Positions 16,916 through 24,439 of a stretch of 32,000 nt of DNA are shown piece after piece. The notes below the pieces were generated by a model, which ran no database searches, had not been told where the DNA came from, and worked only from the letters and a program-made list of their open reading frames with translations. The translations under genes and the position numbers were made by a program. The DNA comes from Patescibacteria group bacterium (GTDB lineage: Bacteria; Patescibacteriota; Patescibacteriia; 2-01-FULL-39-33). The DNA lies in the NCBI GenBank assembly GCA_041649575.1, contig JBAZMW010000001.1, positions 150,001 through 182,000 on the forward strand, written 5' to 3'. Positions within the stretch are counted from its first letter, which is position 1. Each line of letters opens with the position of its first letter.

Positions 16916-18321
16916 AAAATAAAAAAGTGACAGTCATGGGGCTGGGTTTATATGAAAATGGTAGCGGAATTTCGGCTACCCGTTTTTTGGTGGAGCAGGG
17001 CGCTCGGGTGACAGTGACCGATTTAAAGACCAGGGAACAACTGACTGATCAGGTAAAGCGACTGGGGTCGTTGGCTAGGAAAATAAAATTTGTTTTAGGT
17101 GAACATCGAGAGGAGGATTTTAAAAATATTGATTTACTTGTAAAAAATCCAGGCGTGCCCAACATTTCAAAATATTTGCGAATCGCTCGAGAAAATAAGA
17201 TTCCCATTGAGACGGATATCTCTTTGTTTTTTAAGCTGGTGCCGCGAGAAAGAATTATTGGCATCACCGGCACGCGCGGTAAAAGCACCACCACCAGTTT
17301 GATCTATGAAATAGTAAAACTGGCCGACAAAAACGCGGTTTTGGGCGGCAATATCACCAAGTCGCCGCTGGCGCAGATGATGGAAGTAAAAAAGGGAGGC
17401 ATGGTAGTGCTGGAGTTGTCTTCTTGGATGCTGGAAAGCTTAGAACCGCACAAAATGAGTCCGCAGCTGGCCATTTTTACCAATATTTACCCAGATCATT
17501 TAAATACTTACAAAAATATTGCCGAGTACGCGGCAGCCAAAGAAAATATTTTCCAGTGGCAGAACAAAGATGATTTAGTGGTGCTAAACCGCGATAATAG
17601 CTGGACCAGAAAAATGGGCGCTAAAGTTCCAGGCAAAAGGTTTTGGTTTTCCAAAAAATATTTTGCGGCAGAAAACGGAGTTTATTTGAAAGGAAAAGAT
17701 GTCTATTTTCGGCTCGCTGGCGAGGAAATAAAAGTCTTAAAAAAAGATGACATTCAAATTCTCGGTGAACATAATTTGGAAAATGTTTTGGCGGCGGTAG
17801 CCGCCGCTATGGCCTGGGGAATCAGGCCGGAAACTGTCAGGCGAGGTGTAAAAAGCTTCAAAGGCATTAGCGATCGGCTGGAATTTTTGAGAGAAATAAA
17901 AGGGGTAAAATATTATAATGATACCACCTCGACCACGCCAGAAGCGACGATGGCGGCCCTAAGGGCCTTAAGTTTAAAACCAAAAAGTAAAAGCTTAAAA
18001 GAAAAAAATATTATTTTGATAGGTGGAGGGTCGGATAAAGGGTTGAATTTTAAAGAATTGGCCAGGGAGATAAGAGATAGAGTAAAAAATTTAGTTTTAT
18101 TAAGGGGAAGTGGCAGTGAAAGACTGGCTAAAGAATTTTTAGCTTTAAGTTTTAAGTTTTCAGTTGTTGGCTCTATGGCTGATGCGGTTGGTTTGGCTAA
18201 AAGTTTTGCCAAGAGGGGAGATATTGTTTTGCTTTCTCCCGCCTGCGCTTCTTTTGGCATGTTTAATAATGAGCTTGATCGTGGCGCGCAGTTTAGGATG
18301 ATAGTTAGGAAGTTAAAGTGA
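16885..18321 (+). CDS. murD: UDP-N-acetylmuramoylalanine--D-glutamate ligase
   Basis: 478-aa ORF; GLGLYENGSGISATRFLVEQGARVTVTDLK, GITGTRGKSTTTSLIYEI, LGEHNLENVLAAVAAA, NDTTSTTPEATMAAL, LLSPACASFGMFNNELDRGAQF. Confidence 0.95.
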   Translation: MVEKRKDIYLKNKKVTVMGLGLYENGSGISATRFLVEQGARVTVTDLKTREQLTDQVKRLGSLARKIKFVLGEHREEDFKNIDLLVKNPGVPNISKYLRIARENKIPIETDISLFFKLVPRERIIGITGTRGKSTTTSLIYEIVKLADKNAVLGGNITKSPLAQMMEVKKGGMVVLELSSWMLESLEPHKMSPQLAIFTNIYPDHLNTYKNIAEYAAAKENIFQWQNKDDLVVLNRDNSWTRKMGAKVPGKRFWFSKKYFAAENGVYLKGKDVYFRLAGEEIKVLKKDDIQILGEHNLENVLAAVAAAMAWGIRPETVRRGVKSFKGISDRLEFLREIKGVKYYNDTTSTTPEATMAALRALSLKPKSKSLKEKNIILIGGGSDKGLNFKELAREIRDRVKNLVLLRGSGSERLAKEFLALSFKFSVVGSMADAVGLAKSFAKRGDIVLLSPACASFGMFNNELDRGAQFRMIVRKLK

Positions 18322-18420
18322 TGGCTTCGGCGAGGCAGGCCCGCCTGCGCCAGTTTTGGCATGTTCAATAATGAGTTCGACCGAGGCGCGCAGTTTAGGA
18401 TGATAATTGGTAAATTAAAA
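18241..18420 (+). repeat. Tandem duplication of the murD 3' end, period 102 bp
   Basis: GCCTGCGC..TTTTGGCATGTTtAATAATGAGcTtGAtCGtGGCGCGCAGTTTAGGATGATAgTT at 18241 recurs with few substitutions at 18343. Confidence 0.9.
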
Positions 18421-18421
18421 T

Positions 18422-18464
18422 AAAAAAAATACGGCGGCGAGGACACTTGCGTATCACTCGCCGC
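18422..18464 (-). terminator. Intrinsic terminator of unit D
   Basis: Minus-strand GCGGCGAG-T-GATAC GCAA GTGTC-CTCGCCGC, then ATTTTTTTTA. Confidence 0.85.
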
Positions 18465-18616
18465 GCTCTAGGTCACGGACTGCGTTCACGATTGACCCCA
18501 CGGACATGGGATCGTGCTCCTGGGGGGCCGTCCCACAAAGCACGGCGGTTACCGGGGGCCGCGCGTCGCGTCCGCGACTGCACAGAGGCCTTTATGGAAG
18601 GCCCGGCGTCCGCGGT

Positions 18617-18742
18617 CTACGTCCGCAGGACGTGTCGCCGGTGCCCGTCGATGGCCGCGCCCGTCGCGCTTGTGCTCGGAAACAGATTCGAATTCGATAT
18701 GGACAATGCGAGATGGGTGCCTTTTCGGTGCTGAATGTGCAT
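18617..18742 (-). CDS. Candidate 41-aa small protein in unit D (unit may instead be an ncRNA or a decayed gene)
   Basis: ATG at 18742 with SD AAGGAGGA (18752-18759): MHIQHRKGTHLALSISNSNLFPSTSATGAAIDGHRRHVLRT. Inside a promoter-to-terminator unit. Confidence 0.35.
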   Translation of the reverse strand: MHIQHRKGTHLALSISNSNLFPSTSATGAAIDGHRRHVLRT

Positions 18743-18803
18743 AGTGCGTGTTCCTCCTTGTTTGTTCCATTGAACCTCTTCCAGATTGAAACTATGTAAG
18801 GCC

Positions 18804-18832
18804 ATATTAGCATATTAGTAAATTTTTGTCAA
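18804..18832 (-). promoter_or_regulatory. Sigma70-type promoter of unit D
   Basis: Minus strand TTGACA (18832-18827), 17-bp spacer, TAATAT (18809-18804). Confidence 0.7.
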
Positions 18833-18934
18833 TAATTAATTAAATAAAAAAATAAAAAATATTAATTTTTTGTTTAAATTTAGACAAAAATAATTGTTCG
18901 AAAATTATTAAAATAAATAGCCAAAGATCAAATC

Positions 18935-20080
18935 ATGAAAATAAAGGTCAGGGAATTATTAAGAGAAATCATAAAAGGCAAAAAAGATCAGCCGCCGGAT
19001 TGGTATTTGGTGGGGCTGATTGTCTTTTTGACGGTTTTTGGCCTGATTATGCTGTCATCGGCCGGAGCGGCCGTTGGCTGGCAGAAATTCGGCGACAGTT
19101 ACTGGCACGTTAAACACCAAATTCTTTTCGGCTTATTGCCGGGACTGGTTTTGTTTTTTATTTTTTCGCGGCTGGATTATCACCGACTGAAAAGCCTGGC
19201 CTCGCCCATGCTTTTTATTTCTTTGATTTTATTAGTTTTGGTGTTTGTGCCTGGCATTGGCGCCAGCTGGGGCACCTCAAAAAGCTGGATCAATTTTTTT
19301 GGTTTTTCGCTCCAGCCGTCAGAAATCGTCAAGCTCACTTATTTGATTTATCTGGTTTCTTGGCTGGCGGCCAAGGAAGAAAGACATTTAAAAAACTTGC
19401 AGCAGGGTTTTTTGCCGTTTTTGTTTGTTTTGGGTATAATCACCATTCTGATGGTTTTGCAACCGGACACGGGCACCATGCTGATCATTGTTCTGACTTC
19501 GCTGATCGTTTATTTTGTGGCGGGCGGCAGTTTTTGGCACCTGTCGTGGCTGTCGGCGGTAGGTTTGGGCGGGCTGGCTTTGATTATCAAGATTTCTCCT
19601 TACCGCGCGGCGCGGCTGACGACCTTTTTGCATCCCGAGCTCGACCCGCAAGGCATCGGTTATCATATTAATCAGGCGCTCTTGGCGGTTGGCTCGGGTG
19701 GCTGGCTGGGCCGTGGGTTTGGCCATTCGCGGCAAAAGTTCGCTTACTTGCCGGAGGTGGCCGGCGATTCTGTTTTTGCCATTTTGGCGGAAGAACTGGG
19801 ATTTTTCATCTCGGCGGCCGTGGTGGCGCTTTTCGTTTTTCTGGCTTTGAGAGTTTTGAAAATGGCCAAAAATTGCCGTGATCCGTTTGGCTCGCTCTTG
19901 GCGGTGGGAATTATCGTCTGGTTTGTCATTCAGGCTTTCTTGAACATAGGAGCGATTATCGGCGTTCTGCCGCTGACCGGCGTGCCTTTGCCTTTTATTT
20001 CTTATGGCGGCACTTCGCTGATGATTTGCTTGGCCGCTTCGGGAATTTTGGTTAATATTTCAAGGCACAATAATAATTAA
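18935..20080 (+). CDS. ftsW: Peptidoglycan polymerase of the FtsW/RodA (SEDS) family
   Basis: TDQIT-type SEDS signatures: GGWLGRGFGHSRQKFAYLPEVAGDSVFAILAEELGF, GVLPLTGVPLPFISYGGTSL; ten hydrophobic segments; position in the mur cluster. Confidence 0.9.
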   Translation: MKIKVRELLREIIKGKKDQPPDWYLVGLIVFLTVFGLIMLSSAGAAVGWQKFGDSYWHVKHQILFGLLPGLVLFFIFSRLDYHRLKSLASPMLFISLILLVLVFVPGIGASWGTSKSWINFFGFSLQPSEIVKLTYLIYLVSWLAAKEERHLKNLQQGFLPFLFVLGIITILMVLQPDTGTMLIIVLTSLIVYFVAGGSFWHLSWLSAVGLGGLALIIKISPYRAARLTTFLHPELDPQGIGYHINQALLAVGSGGWLGRGFGHSRQKFAYLPEVAGDSVFAILAEELGFFISAAVVALFVFLALRVLKMAKNCRDPFGSLLAVGIIVWFVIQAFLNIGAIIGVLPLTGVPLPFISYGGTSLMICLAASGILVNISRHNNN

Positions 20081-20093
20081 TCATTAACATAAA

Positions 20094-21149
20094 ATGAAAA
20101 TTTTATTAGTCGGCGGCGGAACAATGGGTTCGGTGAGCCCGCTTATCGCCGTCTACCAAAAAATCAAACAGCAACAGCCGGAGACGGAATTCTTGTTTGT
20201 CGGCACCAAAACCGGGCCGGAGCGGGCGGCCGTAGAGAGCTACAAGATTCCCTTTCAGGCGATTTCTTCCGGCAAGCTTAGGCGCTATTTCAGCTGGCAG
20301 AATTTCAGCGATCCTTTCAGGATCCTGGCCGGACTGATCAGGAGCTTTTTTCTGATTTTGAGGTTTCGGCCCAATGCCATTATGATCGCCGGCAGTTTTG
20401 TGGGCGTGCCGGTAGCCTACAATGCCTGGCTGCTAAGGGTTCCGGTGCTTATCCACCAGCAGGATATTGTTGCCGGCTTGGCCAACAAACTGATGGGCAA
20501 CACGGCCCAAAAAATAACCGTTTCTTTTGACATTTCGTTTAAAGATTTTTTCCCGAAAAAAACAGTTTTGACCGGCAATCCGGTGCGAGCCGAATTTTAC
20601 GACTGTCAGCCGGCCAAGAGTCGCAAGTTTTTTGGTCTCAAAGAAGATTTGCCGGTGGTGTTGATTTTTGGCGGTGGTACCGGCTCGCAAAAAATCAACG
20701 AAACAGTCAAAAAATCTTTGCCGGAGCTGTTGCAGTTTTGTCAGGTTATCCATGTCACCGGTCGCGGCAAAACAATTAGCGTCAAGGCCGACGATTATCA
20801 TCAATTTGAATTTTTGACCAACGAGTTTACCGACGCCCAGTGTGCGGCCGATATTATTGTTAATCGGGCGGGCATGTCGACTTTGTCGGAATTGGTGATT
20901 TTGGCCAAACCAACGATTTTGATTCCTTTGCCCGGGCATCAAGAAGACAACGCCAGTTATTTTCAAAAAAATAACGCCGTTATCACCCTCTCGGAAGCGA
21001 ACTTAAATAATGAAATTTTCACCAGCACGATAAAAGAGCTGGTTTTCAACTCGGGGCGAAAAAATAATCTGTCGAGGAATATGGCCAAGATGATGAAAAC
21101 CAAAGGAGCCGAGGAAGTGGCGAGATTGCTCTTGGAAATAGCCAAATAA
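20094..21149 (+). CDS. murG: UDP-N-acetylglucosamine--N-acetylmuramyl-(pentapeptide) pyrophosphoryl-undecaprenol N-acetylglucosamine transferase
   Basis: LLVGGGTMGSVSPLIAVYQKI, IHQQDIVAGLANKLM, VLIFGGGTGSQKINETV, IVNRAGMSTLSELVILAKPTILIPLPGHQEDNASYFQKNNAVI. Confidence 0.92.
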   Translation: MKILLVGGGTMGSVSPLIAVYQKIKQQQPETEFLFVGTKTGPERAAVESYKIPFQAISSGKLRRYFSWQNFSDPFRILAGLIRSFFLILRFRPNAIMIAGSFVGVPVAYNAWLLRVPVLIHQQDIVAGLANKLMGNTAQKITVSFDISFKDFFPKKTVLTGNPVRAEFYDCQPAKSRKFFGLKEDLPVVLIFGGGTGSQKINETVKKSLPELLQFCQVIHVTGRGKTISVKADDYHQFEFLTNEFTDAQCAADIIVNRAGMSTLSELVILAKPTILIPLPGHQEDNASYFQKNNAVITLSEANLNNEIFTSTIKELVFNSGRKNNLSRNMAKMMKTKGAEEVARLLLEIAK

Positions 21150-21154
21150 TCAAA

Positions 21155-22561
21155 TTGAAATTTATCATGTCCATTTTAGACACGAAGCTGGAAGCAATAA
21201 ATAAAATATATTTTATTGGTATTGGCGGTAGCGGCGTTTCGGCGGCGGCGCGGATTTTGCAAAAGGAGGGAAAAGAAGTCTGGGGCAGCGATATCAGCGG
21301 CGGCGAAATCGTCGAGGAACTGATCGGGGAAGGCATAAAAATTTTCATCGGCCAGAAAAAAGAAAATATTGTTTCGGATATTGACCTGGTTGTCTACAGC
21401 GTGGCCGTGCCTCAAGACAATCCGGAGAGGCAAACGGCGGAGAAACTGGGCCTTTGCCAGATAACTTACCCGCAACTTTTGGGTTTGCTGATGCGGGATA
21501 AGTACGGCATCGGCGTTTCCGGCACCAATGGCAAAACCACCACCACCGCCATGTTGGCCAAAATTTTTTTGGCGGCGGGCGAAGATCCGACCGTAGTGGT
21601 GGGCAGTAAAGTTGATTTTTTGGCTGGCAACTCGCGAGTGGGCCAAGGAAAATATTTTATCTTTGAAAGCGATGAATATCGGCGGGCTTTCGATAATTAT
21701 TTCCCCAAAATCGCTTTGGTGACTTATATCACCGCAGACCATCTGGACTATTTTAAAGATTTGGAAGAAATCAAAGCGGCCTTTGGAGATTATTTAAACC
21801 GCCTGCCTCGAGCTGGCTTGGCGGTGATAAACGGCGATGATGATAATTCTCTGGCAGCGGCCAAAAACTGCCAGGCCAAAATAGTCTCTTTTGGCCTGGA
21901 CAGGCCTGCCAATTATTTGGCCCAGGAAATAAAAACGGCCGGCGGCAAACAGACTTTTGAGGTGAGAGAGAGGGGCGGTGAGCCGGAGAAAATAACCATT
22001 AATTTGCCGGCCAAATATAATATTTATAATGCCCTGGGCGCCATAGCGGTGGCCAGGATTTGCGGTTTGAGCTGGCCGGTTATCAAGGGCGCTTTGGCCG
22101 ATTTTACCGGCACTTGGCGGCGTTGGCAAAAAATTGGTAAAATAGGGAAGACAGAGATTATTGTCGATTATGCCCATACGCCGGACGCGGTGGAAAAAAC
22201 CATCGCCGCGGCCAAAGGATATTATGCCGGCAAAAAAGTATTAATTGTGTTTCAGCCGCACCAATACAGCCGCACCAAGGAATTATTTTTGCCTTTCAGT
22301 AAAAGTTTTTGGCAAGCCGACTGGGCGATTATCACTGATATTTTCTATGTCAAAGGAAGGGAGAAGCCGGAGGATTTTGCTGTCAGTTCACAAAAGCTGG
22401 CTGAGGCGATAATAACCAATGGCAGCCGCGCCGAATATGGCGGCGACTTGGCGCAAACAGAGGAATTGATAAGAAATAAAGCTGGCGATTTTGACGCGGT
22501 TCTGATGTTGGGGGCCGGCAATATTTACGAAGCGGCCAAGAGACTGTCAGAAAACAACTAG
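21155..22561 (+). CDS. murC: UDP-N-acetylmuramate--L-alanine ligase
   Basis: KIYFIGIGGSGVSAAARILQKEGKEVWGSDI, GVSGTNGKTTTTAMLAKIF, ESDEYRRAFDNYFPKIALVTYITADHLDYF, VDYAHTPDAVEKTIAAA. The true start may be an internal M at 21167. Confidence 0.93.
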   Translation: MKFIMSILDTKLEAINKIYFIGIGGSGVSAAARILQKEGKEVWGSDISGGEIVEELIGEGIKIFIGQKKENIVSDIDLVVYSVAVPQDNPERQTAEKLGLCQITYPQLLGLLMRDKYGIGVSGTNGKTTTTAMLAKIFLAAGEDPTVVVGSKVDFLAGNSRVGQGKYFIFESDEYRRAFDNYFPKIALVTYITADHLDYFKDLEEIKAAFGDYLNRLPRAGLAVINGDDDNSLAAAKNCQAKIVSFGLDRPANYLAQEIKTAGGKQTFEVRERGGEPEKITINLPAKYNIYNALGAIAVARICGLSWPVIKGALADFTGTWRRWQKIGKIGKTEIIVDYAHTPDAVEKTIAAAKGYYAGKKVLIVFQPHQYSRTKELFLPFSKSFWQADWAIITDIFYVKGREKPEDFAVSSQKLAEAIITNGSRAEYGGDLAQTEELIRNKAGDFDAVLMLGAGNIYEAAKRLSENN

Positions 22562-22599
22562 TTTAGTTAACAATAAAATAAAAAGTCGGAAGAGCAATT

Positions 22600-22869
22600 A
22601 TGAACAATCTTATCGACGATGACAGCCATAAAGAGGAGGAGGGGGAGGAGCTAATAGGCAGGGACCAGGAGGTAGAGCAAAAAATCGAGTGGGAAGAAGA
22701 GCTGGAGAGAACTTATGGCCAAACGAATCGCCGTGAAAACCAGAAAGGAAACAAACTGACGGGCACTGGTTTTGCCAAACAGAAGCAAGTAATGGAAGCC
22801 AATAATTTTTATCAGAAGCCGAGGCGCCGGCCGCCAGTCAAGCTGGTTGATCAAACCAAAGGAAAATAG
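22600..22869 (+). CDS. Small highly charged hypothetical protein between murC and murB
   Basis: 89-aa ORF MNNLIDDDSHKEEEGEELIGRDQEVEQ..., same strand and tight spacing, weak GGAAGAG upstream. Confidence 0.5.
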   Translation: MNNLIDDDSHKEEEGEELIGRDQEVEQKIEWEEELERTYGQTNRRENQKGNKLTGTGFAKQKQVMEANNFYQKPRRRPPVKLVDQTKGK

Positions 22870-22894
22870 TTTTACTTGGTATTAAACCAAGCTC

Positions 22895-23866
22895 ATGGAC
22901 ACTTTAAATAAATTAAAGGCGGTGGTTTCTGGTTCCATAAAGGAGCGGGAAATTTTGGCGCCTTATACCACTTTCAATATTGGCGGCGCGGCCAGCTATT
23001 TTTATTTGGTTAATAATTCGGACGAGATGATTAAATTGGTGGCAGTGGCCGAAAAGAAAAAATTATCTTATCTTATTCTGGGCGGCGGCAGTAATCTGTT
23101 GATCAGCGACCAGGGCTTTCAGGGTTTGGTCATAAAAAATAATTGCGCCAAAATCAGAATAAAGAATGATTTAGTGGAAGCGGAAGCCGGGGTCTTGCTT
23201 TCCAAGCTGCTGGGTGAAACGATGGCTGGCGCCTTGCTGGGACTCGAGTGGGCGACGGGGATTCCGGGCACGGTGGGCGGCGCTGTTTGTAATAACGCCG
23301 GCGCCTATGGCGGGCAGATGAGCGACAATATTATTGGCGTTAAAATCATAAGAAACGGCAAAATAAAAGAATTGACAAACAAAAAATGCCAATTCGCTTA
23401 TCGAGAAAGTATTTTTAAAAAGCAAGAAAAGCGTGATGTCATTTTGTCGGTAGTCTTGAAGTTGAAAAAGGGGAGCGCTGTCCAGCTAATGAAGGCCAGA
23501 GAAAACATCAAACTAATAAACAAAAAGCGGGGCAAAAAATTCAGTAGCGCTTCAGCCGGCAGTGTTTTTAAGAATATTTTTTTGGCCGAAAAGGAAATAA
23601 TCGATTTTAAAAATAAATTTTCGCAACTGCCGGAAGAGTTTATGGAAAGTAGAAAAATACCAGCTGCCTGGCTGATCGATCAGTGCGGTTTGAAAGGCAG
23701 GGCTATTGGCGGCGCTAAAGTTTCAGAGGAGCATGCCGGTATAATTATAAATACCGGAACAGCTACCGCGGAAAACGTCATTATGTTAATTAGTGTCATC
23801 AAACAAAAAGTGAGAAGCAAGTTTAATTTGCAGTTGATGGAAGAGGTGGAGTACGTGGGTTTTTAG
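22895..23866 (+). CDS. murB: UDP-N-acetylenolpyruvoylglucosamine reductase
   Basis: LAPYTTFNIGGAASYFYLV, LILGGGSNLLISDQGFQGLVI, EWATGIPGTVGGAVCNNAGAYGG, KKGKKFSSASAGSVFKN, AAWLIDQCGLKGRAIGGAKVSEEHAGIIIN. Confidence 0.95.
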   Translation: MDTLNKLKAVVSGSIKEREILAPYTTFNIGGAASYFYLVNNSDEMIKLVAVAEKKKLSYLILGGGSNLLISDQGFQGLVIKNNCAKIRIKNDLVEAEAGVLLSKLLGETMAGALLGLEWATGIPGTVGGAVCNNAGAYGGQMSDNIIGVKIIRNGKIKELTNKKCQFAYRESIFKKQEKRDVILSVVLKLKKGSAVQLMKARENIKLINKKRGKKFSSASAGSVFKNIFLAEKEIIDFKNKFSQLPEEFMESRKIPAAWLIDQCGLKGRAIGGAKVSEEHAGIIINTGTATAENVIMLISVIKQKVRSKFNLQLMEEVEYVGF

Positions 23867-23961
23867 TTGTCATCGCGAGGGAGCGTAAGCGACCGTCCGC
23901 CTAGGTTTAGCGAGATAGGTGGCAATCTCGCGGGATTGCTTCGCTAAGCTCGCAATGACAA
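23867..23961. repeat. Short intergenic inverted-repeat element (MITE/REP-like)
   Basis: Ends TTGTCATcGCGAG / CTCGCaATGACAA, internal GCAATC TCGCG GGATTGC hairpin. Confidence 0.7.
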
Positions 23962-23981
23962 TTAGTAATTAACCAAAAAAC

Positions 23982-24287
23982 ATGCAAATCAACATCAAAG
24001 CGACCAAGGCGCAGCTCACGCCCCAGGCCCATGATATTATCAATGAAAAAATCGAGAGCCTGGCTAAATACTGCGACTGTATTATCAAAGCGGACGTAGA
24101 AGTGGGATTGACCAGCCTGCATCACAACAAAGGCGATATTTATCGGGCAGAGGTAAATTTGGAGGTGCCGGGAAAAGTTTTGCGCGCCGAAGCCGAGACC
24201 GAAAATATAACCAAATCAATGAACGAGGTGAGAGATAAATTAAAAATGGAATTAGTGAAGTACAAGGAAAAAATCAGAGAAAAATAA
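23982..24287 (+). CDS. hpf: Ribosome hibernation-promoting factor / RaiA family
   Basis: MQINIKATKAQLTPQAHDIINEKIESLAKYC...ADVEVGLTSLHHNKGDIYRAEVNLEVPGKVLRAEAETENITKSMNEVRDKLKMELVKYKEK. Confidence 0.85.
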   Translation: MQINIKATKAQLTPQAHDIINEKIESLAKYCDCIIKADVEVGLTSLHHNKGDIYRAEVNLEVPGKVLRAEAETENITKSMNEVRDKLKMELVKYKEKIREK

Positions 24288-24298
24288 ATAAAAAAATG

Positions 24299-24336
24299 AA
24301 CTACCCCAGTTCTGATAAGAATTAGGGTAGTTTTAT
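24299..24336 (+). terminator. Probable intrinsic terminator of hpf
   Basis: AACTACCC (24299-24306) / GGGTAGTT (24325-24332) followed by TTATG; inner TTCT/AGAA pairing. Confidence 0.6.
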
Positions 24337-24439
24337 GAATCCAGAAATATTTTAATAGTTTGGACAGGTGGGGCAGCTTTTATTTGCCTTATCTTGACTT
24401 TTTTGTTAAAATAATGGCGTTATTATTTATTTTTATCAA

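Noticed and set aside
17913-18446. 177-aa minus ORF with an internally repeated sequence (LPIIILNCAPRSNSLLNMPK / LTIILNCAPRSSSLLNMPK)
   Set aside because: Antisense to murD; the internal protein repeat is simply the duplicated murD tail read backwards.
18447-18799. Plus-strand ORFs 18447-18734 and 18506-18799 in the murD-ftsW gap
   Set aside because: No SD, opposite to the clear minus-strand promoter/terminator pair, arginine-rich low-information translations.
18465-18800. Unit D as tmRNA, RNase P RNA or SRP RNA
   Set aside because: No tRNA-like ends, GAGGAAAGUCC-type or SRP Alu/S-domain signature strings were seen.
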